NCBI GenBank assembly: GCA_016933055.1
Contig: JAFGBS010000004.1
Span: forward strand, 180,001-212,000
Source: Promethearchaeota archaeon
Lineage (GTDB): Archaea; Asgardarchaeota; Lokiarchaeia; Sigyniarchaeales; Promethearchaeaceae
DNA length: 32,000 bases
Direction: 5' to 3'
Shown here: positions 19,038 to 26,575 of the stretch, piece by piece
Position numbering within the stretch: the first letter of the stretch is position 1
How the letters are laid out: every line of letters begins with the position of its first letter
Notes under the pieces: generated by a model
Databases searched by the model: none
Seen by the model: the letters and a program-made list of their open reading frames with translations, nothing else
Told to the model about the DNA's origin: nothing
Position numbers and translations under genes: made by a program

Positions 19038-19550
19038 ATGACAGAATCCCCTTTGGAAGAAAAAGAATCCCAAATAAAGCGAATTTGCAGGATTTTACTT
19101 GAAAGTCAAGAAAAAATCATAAAAGAGAAAGAACTTTTAAATCTTGTTCAAAACGATGAAGATCAATTTCAAGAGGTAATTAGTGAAGTTACGGTACGTT
19201 TTGAGAAAATCGGATACGAATTAATTCGTACGAATTATATGGAAGATATTTATTATCTTTTGGCAACTACTGGGATGGATAAAACTCTCACTCCTCAAAT
19301 GTATGGCATATTAGCGTTAATTTTTAGTTTCCAAAAAGAATTCAGTAGGGAATTGACTATGGAAGAAGCTAAAGATATATTCAAATCCTCTTGGGAAGAA
19401 GTGACATTTCTTATGAACCAGAATTATCTTCATGAGTATCTTCTTCAAAATCAGAAATATTTGATAATCACACCTATAGGTAAGGTTCTGTTCAAGGATG
19501 TCCTCTCCGACATCACACTGGATTTAATATTAGATAATTTGGGAATTTAA
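19038..19550 (+). CDS. Putative tandem winged-helix protein (KITE-like: ScpB/MksE/Nse1 type)
   Basis: 170 aa; RFEKIGYELIR...YYLL, then LTPQMYGILALIF...YL...YLIITPIGK, a WH-WH pattern. Lies downstream of the SMC-like gene. Confidence 0.6.
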   Translation: MTESPLEEKESQIKRICRILLESQEKIIKEKELLNLVQNDEDQFQEVISEVTVRFEKIGYELIRTNYMEDIYYLLATTGMDKTLTPQMYGILALIFSFQKEFSRELTMEEAKDIFKSSWEEVTFLMNQNYLHEYLLQNQKYLIITPIGKVLFKDVLSDITLDLILDNLGI

Positions 19551-20638
19551 GATAAAGAGGTCACTGATGCTCCTCTGTCTATTTCAACAACATACCCTTT
19601 TCCACCGGCTTGGGTTAGTGCTTTTGCCACTTCTTTTTGTTTCTCGGGAGCTAACATAATGATACTACCGCCCATACCAGCTCCCGTTAGTTTTCCCCCT
19701 TGTGCTCCAGCTTGCATCCCTGCAGAAATCATATCATCAATTTTTTTTATTGATACCTCATAGTCCTCCCGAAGATAATTCTGATGCTTAGTTAGCAAGG
19801 AGCCAAGAAAGGAGAGATCGGGTGAAGGTTTTTTTAGTTCATTGTAAGCAGTTCGAGTTATATCTCGATTTTTTAATGTAGCACGCATCCTTTTCAACCA
19901 CGTTTCATTTGATATTTTCAATATCTCATCAACATCTTCAAATTTCGTAGTGTTAATATCAAATTTCATCTGATTCGTTAAAAAAGAAATTGCATCAGTA
20001 ATTTCCTTGACTCGAATGGAATGAACATTATTCGTTGATTTGGGGATTAAGGTATCACCAACAACTAAACCGGGTAATTTGTATCCTATTTTCTCTATTT
20101 CTGGCGGTTCTACACATTTCATATGAAACATATTACCAATGGATGCTGCTAGTTGATCCATCTGACCACAAGGAATACCAAGTTCATCATGCTCGGCTTT
20201 ATATGCGATAATACCAATTTCCACTTCGTTTAAATCTAATTGGAACATTTCATCTATCAGTTTAGTAAATGTTACTAATAGTGCCGCAGAACTAGATAAT
20301 CCGGATCTTTGGGGGACTTCATTTCTCAGTATTCCACGAAATCCCAATTGTGAATTCTTTTTCTTTAGAAGTCCCCTTTTAATTACCACATTTAGAACTG
20401 CTTTGAGATAATCATTTTTATTTAATAAGTACCCGTTTAGCATTTCGTCCGGAGACAATGGAATCTTTATGATCTCATTATAGATTTTGTCATCCAGAAT
20501 AATTTTTCCATCAGACGTAAAATCACCTTGAATGAAACAACGTTTATTAATTGCAGCGGGAATTACAGAGAGTCCTAAATAGTCTTGATGCTCTCCAAAT
20601 GTACAGACCCTACCTGGTGCAGAAACAAGAGTAACCAT
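19547..20638 (-). CDS. galK: GHMP-family sugar kinase, galactokinase-like
   Basis: SAPGRVCTFGEHQDY, PQRSGLSSSAA, CGQMDQ and GGKLTGAGMGG. ATG 20638 gives a normal N-terminus; the track extension to 20812 is not credible. Substrate not proven. Confidence 0.85.
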   Translation of the reverse strand: MVTLVSAPGRVCTFGEHQDYLGLSVIPAAINKRCFIQGDFTSDGKIILDDKIYNEIIKIPLSPDEMLNGYLLNKNDYLKAVLNVVIKRGLLKKKNSQLGFRGILRNEVPQRSGLSSSAALLVTFTKLIDEMFQLDLNEVEIGIIAYKAEHDELGIPCGQMDQLAASIGNMFHMKCVEPPEIEKIGYKLPGLVVGDTLIPKSTNNVHSIRVKEITDAISFLTNQMKFDINTTKFEDVDEILKISNETWLKRMRATLKNRDITRTAYNELKKPSPDLSFLGSLLTKHQNYLREDYEVSIKKIDDMISAGMQAGAQGGKLTGAGMGGSIIMLAPEKQKEVAKALTQAGGKGYVVEIDRGASVTSLS

Positions 20639-21054
20639 AGGAAGAATCAATGAAGAAATCGGTTTAAATCTTCTGTCTGTATTATTCTCAAACAAAGAGC
20701 TAGAAGTACTAATCCAAAAGTTAAAAAAAAACAAATGATTGGTGAATCGGGTTTTGAAATAGCATCGGAGTCTTCTTATCGAGATTTTTGAATGACCAGT
20801 TTTGTATCCCATCCTAATGTGTCCTATGAACTATGCTAAAAGCCTCTCATGGGTTAACTAATAGGTTTCTTTAGCGTAGGTGTTTCTAACCTCTACAAAA
20901 TAATCTATCATTCTAAAATAAAATGGAGATAAATCTTCGGCTATCTAGTTGCTCGTATATTCTTTACTGTTGATTTACGACACGAGAAAAAATCCCGAAC
21001 ATCAGAGAATGCGGAATGGATAGATTTCAATAAAAAAAAATACGGAATGTAATA

Positions 21055-21828
21055 TCACTCTATTCGTTTTTTCATCAATTCAGGACTCACATATCCACTA
21101 TACATGAAGAACGCGGCGATTCCTCCGAATATCCATCCAAATGCAATGGTAACTGCTTCTTTTTTTAACAGTTCCAAGCTTGTCATTAAGAAAATTTCAT
21201 GTGCTACAAAGGATAACACTGCGAGTAGCATAAAAATTCCTGTCATCCCCAGATCTCCAAGAGCTTTTCGGATTATGTAGTCTTGATCGGAGTCTAAAGG
21301 CATAACCTTACGAATTTTAAATGCATTGACAGAAAATAGTATGTAGATAACAATAGAGCATAGTATATGGGCTATGAAAGGAATGAGTTCAAAATCACTT
21401 AGAAGATCTCCTGAGAAAAATACAATCAGTAAAGCTGGTACTACAGCGATTTGAACTATGGAAAGTACTAAATATAATCCTTTTTTCACTAGTTCTCCGA
21501 AGATTTCTTTCGCAAATGTTAAAAGAAAGAAATTGCTGATTGCGTTAAGGGAAAAACTGAGATAACTCCCGAAATTTACAAATTCATAGGAGGGAATGAG
21601 GATAAATTCTATTCCATATACTTCGTGCGTCAATAAGAAGACTCCGTCAATAAGCGCTGCAAGACCTAGACAAAAAGCCACAATTTCTATATAAACTAAA
21701 CTTTTTGTTTCTATTCCTCGCTTTTTTCTCCGTCTATTCACTAAAAATCCAAAAATAATTAATGCAAAAAACGCAGAAAGTAGTGAACCTGCCAATTGAA
21801 TCCATTGGGTAGGGCGTTCCTCGAAAAT
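21055..21828 (-). CDS. Seven-transmembrane membrane protein of unknown function
   Basis: Seven hydrophobic segments counted by eye and no soluble output domain. The start is probably ATT 21828 (AGGTGA at 21835-21840); the track start is TTG 21795. Confidence 0.8.
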   Translation of the reverse strand: MFEERPTQWIQLAGSLLSAFFALIIFGFLVNRRRKKRGIETKSLVYIEIVAFCLGLAALIDGVFLLTHEVYGIEFILIPSYEFVNFGSYLSFSLNAISNFFLLTFAKEIFGELVKKGLYLVLSIVQIAVVPALLIVFFSGDLLSDFELIPFIAHILCSIVIYILFSVNAFKIRKVMPLDSDQDYIIRKALGDLGMTGIFMLLAVLSFVAHEIFLMTSLELLKKEAVTIAFGWIFGGIAAFFMYSGYVSPELMKKRIE

Positions 21829-21871
21829 TTTTAATCACCTATTGTTGTTAAAAGTTTTTTTGTCGTATTTC

Positions 21872-21890
21872 ATTATAAACGTTTTGATTC
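21872..21890 (-). promoter_or_regulatory. Putative BRE/TATA promoter of the 7TM gene
   Basis: The minus strand reads GAATCAAAACG-TTTATAAT, about 30 nt upstream of the AGGTGA ribosome-binding site. Confidence 0.5.
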
Positions 21891-21924
21891 GCTAAAAAAT
21901 AAGAAAGAAGCAAAAATATGTTTT

Positions 21925-22268
21925 ACACTAATTAAATTCTATGCGGTGATACCCAAAAATTTTCCCTTAGGTGAACAGATGGTATATAGTACGAACTTCT
22001 GTCAATTTGGTTGAAATTTAGATTCATACTGCCTCATGTTTCGGCTTTTGTTTTAGAACGCTTACCCTCTCAAGAACCCGCACCAAGGACCGACCTATTC
22101 TACATCTGATCGGGGTATTTAAACGAACCACGATGTGTTACCATTGGTGTTACCTATCCATCCTAACGTAAAATCACAGTTTGATTCTGATTTATACGTA
22201 TCAAGCTTTTTTATGATGGTTTTACCTTTTTGAGTTGATAGATTACACGGAAATACCCAATTAGATGT
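21925..22268 (-). ncRNA. Candidate structured non-coding RNA, family not recognised
   Basis: No coding ORF; about 45% GC over 22021-22170 (67/150 counted by hand). It has imperfect terminal complementarity, six nested helices and an 11-bp hairpin, and is bracketed by minus-strand U-tracts. Confidence 0.4.
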
Positions 22269-22276
22269 TAATTTAC

Positions 22277-22289
22277 AAAAAAAGAAAAA
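22277..22289 (-). terminator. Oligo-T terminator downstream of the SmAP3 gene
   Basis: The minus strand reads TTTTTCTTTTTTT about 10 nt after the stop codon. Confidence 0.5.
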
Positions 22290-22297
22290 TATATTGT

Positions 22298-22729
22298 TTA
22301 CTTAATTTCCTCAAGGAATTGTTCAAAAATACGATTAACGCGCTCAGCAGTTGGTCCTGATCCCTCTACTCCATTTTCACTTACGATAATCTTTCCATTC
22401 AAGATACTGATGGTGTTACTTTCTTGTTGGTACTTAATTTGTCCAGCAGGGAACATTTTCGCAATCCGTTCTCCCAATTCCTCCATTGGGAAGGGGGGTT
22501 CTTCCTGAAAAATCTTACTCCACATATTTCCATGGATAATGATTTTTGAATATTTCATTTTTAATTCATCTGTAGCATTGGTCAACACAATTGCACTAGT
22601 AGTTAAATCAAATCCAACTAGTTTCCCAATATAATACCGATCGGCATCATCTAATTCCACTTTCACGAGTTTATCTGCTAAAGCATTCATCTCACGATTA
22701 AAATTGTTATTAATTTTTAGAGTCGACAT
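22298..22729 (-). CDS. Sm-like archaeal protein with C-terminal domain (SmAP3-type Lsm)
   Basis: Sm1 (VKVELDD..YYIGKLVGFD...IVLTNA) and Sm2 (KIIIHG), then PFPMEELGERIAKMFP...GVEGSGPTAERV, matching SmAP3. Confidence 0.9.
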   Translation of the reverse strand: MSTLKINNNFNREMNALADKLVKVELDDADRYYIGKLVGFDLTTSAIVLTNATDELKMKYSKIIIHGNMWSKIFQEEPPFPMEELGERIAKMFPAGQIKYQQESNTISILNGKIIVSENGVEGSGPTAERVNRIFEQFLEEIK

Positions 22730-22799
22730 TTTTTTTCCTTCTCGATAGTATAACTATCCAGCCAAGCTTGATTAATTTTTTCAAAGAAAGGAAAACAAC

Positions 22800-23459
22800 T
22801 CATAATTGTAACTGGTTAAGTAATAAATCGAAATTCTGCTCCGTCTTGACACTCATGGGAATAACCGTGATTTTTGGATTGATCTTCTTCGCATCCTCAA
22901 TCATACGATTCAAATTCGTCTCCAAAATGTCTATAAGATCAATTTTATTTATAATAATAATCTCGCTCATTTTCACTAATAAGGGATGTTTTATTATCAC
23001 ATGTTCCCCCTCCGTAACCGAAACGACTAACACCCGTTTATCAACTCCAAGAATAAAATCACTGGGACATATTAGATTACCTACATTTTCAATAAAAAGC
23101 ACATCGATTGCTTCCAGTGGTAGGGACTGAATCACTTTATGTATATGGTAAGCATTCAACGCGCACTCTCGTCCAGTGTTTATCTGTATCGTACTAGCTC
23201 CATGTTGTTCTATTCTGTCTGCATCGATTCGTGTGGTTACATCTCCACAAATCACATAAATTTTTTTATCTTTAGATACATGTTCGACAATTTTTTCGAG
23301 TATTGCAGTCTTTCCAGCACCTATAGCTCCCACAATGTCAAAGGTTTTGATCTTATGAGAACTTAAAATTTTATGATTGCGGGATGCTAATTCATTATTA
23401 TCTCGGGTCAAATCCTCATTCATTTCCAAAATCCGGGGGATCTCTCTTTCTTCTGACAT
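22800..23459 (-). CDS. hypB: Hydrogenase nickel-incorporation GTPase HypB (variant metal site)
   Basis: GAIGAGKT, GDV..RIDADRI, QINTG, LFIENVGNLICP, SVTEG and NKIDL. Confidence 0.92.
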   Translation of the reverse strand: MSEEREIPRILEMNEDLTRDNNELASRNHKILSSHKIKTFDIVGAIGAGKTAILEKIVEHVSKDKKIYVICGDVTTRIDADRIEQHGASTIQINTGRECALNAYHIHKVIQSLPLEAIDVLFIENVGNLICPSDFILGVDKRVLVVSVTEGEHVIIKHPLLVKMSEIIIINKIDLIDILETNLNRMIEDAKKINPKITVIPMSVKTEQNFDLLLNQLQL

Positions 23460-23513
23460 AGATGTGAAAGTAAATTAATCATGTTTTTTATGGTTTATTA
23501 GACATCGACACAA

Positions 23514-25514
23514 ATGAATGTGCAAATGGAAATTCCAAAAGATACAATATTATTAGCGAAAACCCATCCTCCTATGTATTTGATACACAGATATTGGGCA
23601 CGCAAACCATATAATGTGGTGAAGGCATATATCCAAAAATATACCGAACCAGGTGATGTCGTGCTTGATCCTTTTTGTGGATCTGGAGTAACTATTGCTG
23701 AGAGTGTCTTATTAGGGCGTAATGCTATTGGAATTGATGTAAACCCGTTTTCTGTCTTTTTAACACAAACGACGATTATTTCCGTTGAAATTTCCAAATT
23801 GGTACAATATTTTACATCCATCTATGAAGCTGTTAACGCACAGATTACTGATTTATATGGAGTTAAGTGCCCATATTGTAATAATCAAGCAGTGATCACT
23901 CAAATCATTTGGAAAAATATGCAAAATGATAATCAGTTACCCCCCAATGAGCAGATTGAAGAAATTAGAATAAATTGTTCGCATTGCGATAAATCCAACG
24001 ATAGTTTAGATAGAATCCGTCATGTTACCTTATATAAAGAAGAAACTCATCGGGTAGAACAAATAAAAACCAATTTTAAAAAAATTCTTTCTAAGGAGAA
24101 TATCACCCTTCCTACCATCAAATTCCAATATAGAAATGGTGTAAAATTTAAACAGATACGTCATTTCTTGATCCAAGAGCCAGATGCAGAAAATTTGTTT
24201 ACCAAACGCAATCTTCTTGTTCTGGGCAAAATACGGAAGGCTATTAATTCGAATATCCCTCCTCAAACCAAAGATCCTGTCCTACTAGATATACGAAATT
24301 TAATATTACTAACTTTTACCGCCAATCTCGGTCAATCAAGTAAAATGGTATGGGTCATTTCCAAGCGAAAGGGGAAGTATCGTGATAAAAAAGAAGTGGG
24401 CTCATGGACCCACCATTTCTACTGGAATCCTAAAATGTTTTTTGAAATTAATCCACTTATAGGATTTAGAAATCGCATGGAAAAAACTATTCGAGCACAA
24501 AGGAATCTTCAGAAACGACTGCATTTAAACAAGGTAAAAAAAATTCTCAGATTCGGTGATTGGGCACCTTTCCATAAATCTAGTGCAAACACCAAAATAT
24601 TACTCATAAAATCCTCTGCTGAGAGGATAAACTTGCCCGATGAATGCGTAGATTATATTTTTACTGATCCTCCTTACGGTGACTCCATCCAATATTTCGA
24701 ACTTTCCACACTATGGAATAAATGGCTTAATTTTCAAACTAACAATTCAGAAAAGTTTGAAATTGTAATAAACCCACGCCAGGGGAAAGAGAAAACCCAT
24801 TATTTTAATGGGTTGGAAAATGCATTTAATGAGTGTTACCGAGTCCTTAAAAAGGAACATTTCATGACACTCACATTTCATAATACAGACATCAGTGTTA
24901 GAAATGGTCTCATTCAATCCGTGAGGAATGCAGGATTTCACTTAGATTCCTTATTATTTCAAATGCCCCCTCGTAATTCTCTGAAATCATATTTGCATTA
25001 TGAAAAATCCCCGGTTGGAGATTATTTTCTAAGATTTAGAAAAACGAGTACCCCTCTTTTACCACAAAAAATGGGGCTTAATGATTTGAGTGAAAATATT
25101 AAATCCATCATCATCGAAGTCTTAAGAATCAGAGGAGAACCTACTCCGATACTCATCATTTATAATTGTATTGATGAAGAACTCGCTAAATTGGGACAAT
25201 TTCCGTTGGATGACGTTACTATCGTTGAAAAAATCATATCCAAGATGAGGAATTCAAATGAAATCACCATAAATAAGAATAGATACATATGGTTTACAAA
25301 TCCAACAGATTATGCATCAAAAGTCCCTTTGACTCAACGAATTTCTTCCTATCTTAAATCTATTGAGAATTTTCGTCTGAACCCTTCTGGTAAACTGTAC
25401 AATTTAGTGTATAGTCAATTCAACGGATTTGAAACCCCGGATCGAAAAGATTTGACGGTCCTTATTGAAAACATAAAAAAAAATACTAAGAATTCTGGCG
25501 AAAAGACCGATTAA
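23514..25514 (+). CDS. Adenine-specific DNA methyltransferase with Zn-ribbon insertion (COG1743-like)
   Basis: HRYWARKP, motif I VLDPFCGSGVT, CPYC/CSHC cysteine pairs and motif IV YIFTDPPY.DSIQY.ELS.LW. An alternative ATG is at 23526. Confidence 0.9.
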   Translation: MNVQMEIPKDTILLAKTHPPMYLIHRYWARKPYNVVKAYIQKYTEPGDVVLDPFCGSGVTIAESVLLGRNAIGIDVNPFSVFLTQTTIISVEISKLVQYFTSIYEAVNAQITDLYGVKCPYCNNQAVITQIIWKNMQNDNQLPPNEQIEEIRINCSHCDKSNDSLDRIRHVTLYKEETHRVEQIKTNFKKILSKENITLPTIKFQYRNGVKFKQIRHFLIQEPDAENLFTKRNLLVLGKIRKAINSNIPPQTKDPVLLDIRNLILLTFTANLGQSSKMVWVISKRKGKYRDKKEVGSWTHHFYWNPKMFFEINPLIGFRNRMEKTIRAQRNLQKRLHLNKVKKILRFGDWAPFHKSSANTKILLIKSSAERINLPDECVDYIFTDPPYGDSIQYFELSTLWNKWLNFQTNNSEKFEIVINPRQGKEKTHYFNGLENAFNECYRVLKKEHFMTLTFHNTDISVRNGLIQSVRNAGFHLDSLLFQMPPRNSLKSYLHYEKSPVGDYFLRFRKTSTPLLPQKMGLNDLSENIKSIIIEVLRIRGEPTPILIIYNCIDEELAKLGQFPLDDVTIVEKIISKMRNSNEITINKNRYIWFTNPTDYASKVPLTQRISSYLKSIENFRLNPSGKLYNLVYSQFNGFETPDRKDLTVLIENIKKNTKNSGEKTD

Positions 25515-26430
25515 TAATCAAACCGCCAAGTACACCTACGATACTACCAAAATGTTGAGGAAATGAGAATCCATTATTAATACCAGCGATAATTGCAATC
25601 AAATTTATTATTCCAAATAATGCACTAATTCCTACAAATATCCAGATAAGATTTTTCATTTTTACACGGATTGGGATAAAATACAAAAACATGGTAACTT
25701 GCTGTTGTGGGAATAATAAAGCGATAAAACTAACTAAACCCATATATGCTCCCCAGGAAGAATAAAATTGCGTCTCTGCAATACTAGGTAAAATTAGACT
25801 AGAACCCCATTGAATTATTAAAATTCCGGCACTAGTTAATAATCCGCTTAGGATATAGATTTTGAGTAACGTTTTCCAACCCCAACGGGCTTCAATCATT
25901 CTTCCTACTAAAAATAACATTAATAATTCTAATAATAGCCAAAAAAATCCCAATATCGATGGATAATTGGGTATAAACATTGAGGTGAGAAAAGTCCAAT
26001 AACTAATATTCCCAATATAATCGGAAATTGATAGATAAATGTAATCTGAAAGATTATTAAATGCTAATACATATGCAATTATATAAAATACTGCATTTGC
26101 AATCATTAATCCGTAGGTACCATAGGGTTTGGATTGCATCCCCAATAAAGAAGTTACTTGTGGATGAGATCGGTTTTTTATTCTTGGTGGCCTTGATCGC
26201 ACTCGCTTTTCTGCAACCACTTTTGGATAACTTTCTGCAGGATAATCCGAATAAATTTTTGAGGGTTTTGATCTTTCCAATGCTTTGATTTTAAAGGGAT
26301 CGTTCTTGAATTCGAAGGAACATTCATGATTTTCTGGTATACGGTGAATTTTACAATAGGATTTACCACAATATCGACAAGTGAAAGGTAAGTAATCGAT
26401 ATCCTCGTTGCAATAATCACACTTAACCAT
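25486..26430 (-). CDS. AN1-type zinc finger + rhomboid-fold membrane protein, predicted catalytically inactive
   Basis: CDYC...PFTCRYCGKSYCKIHRIPENHEC (AN1). Rhomboid-like WTFLTSMF, G..IE..WG, SSWGAYMG and QHFGS follow. ATG 26430 follows AGGGTG. Confidence 0.88.
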   Translation of the reverse strand: MVKCDYCNEDIDYLPFTCRYCGKSYCKIHRIPENHECSFEFKNDPFKIKALERSKPSKIYSDYPAESYPKVVAEKRVRSRPPRIKNRSHPQVTSLLGMQSKPYGTYGLMIANAVFYIIAYVLAFNNLSDYIYLSISDYIGNISYWTFLTSMFIPNYPSILGFFWLLLELLMLFLVGRMIEARWGWKTLLKIYILSGLLTSAGILIIQWGSSLILPSIAETQFYSSWGAYMGLVSFIALLFPQQQVTMFLYFIPIRVKMKNLIWIFVGISALFGIINLIAIIAGINNGFSFPQHFGSIVGVLGGLIINRSFRQNS

Positions 26431-26575
26431 TAAGTACACCCTTGTCTTTAAGTTTAAATAAATTTTTAATCATAATCTAATAACCCTATATAATATCAAA
26501 AAGCCACAAAAAAAAAACCTTAGGGTAATAAAAACAAAATCCTAATTGAGTCGGGGGGTTGTAAATTTAAGTGGA

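Noticed and set aside
11091-19550. Calling the operon Wadjet, Lamassu, Dnd or BREX
   Set aside because: There is no Toprim/JetD nuclease, effector, PglZ, DndC or intact SMC Walker A, so a named assignment is unsupported.
20639-20812. 58-aa N-terminal extension of the sugar kinase in the ORF track
   Set aside because: The family motif starts right after ATG 20638, and the extension crosses a poly-T tract and looks like open intergenic sequence.
20880-20900. GUAGAGGU resembling the start of a lysine riboswitch
   Set aside because: None of the downstream conserved elements follow, and there is no lysine gene nearby.
21941-21949. ATGCGGTGA resembling group II intron domain V
   Set aside because: Only 9 nt match; the AGC triad and the rest of the DV stem are missing.
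21900-22297. rpl37e (often downstream of archaeal Lsm genes), tRNA, 5S rRNA, SRP RNA or RNase P RNA
   Set aside because: No L37e-like Cys ORF, T-loop or 5S motif was found. The SRP helix-8 CAGG..GNRA..AGCA and RNase P GAGGAAAGUCC motifs are absent on both strands.
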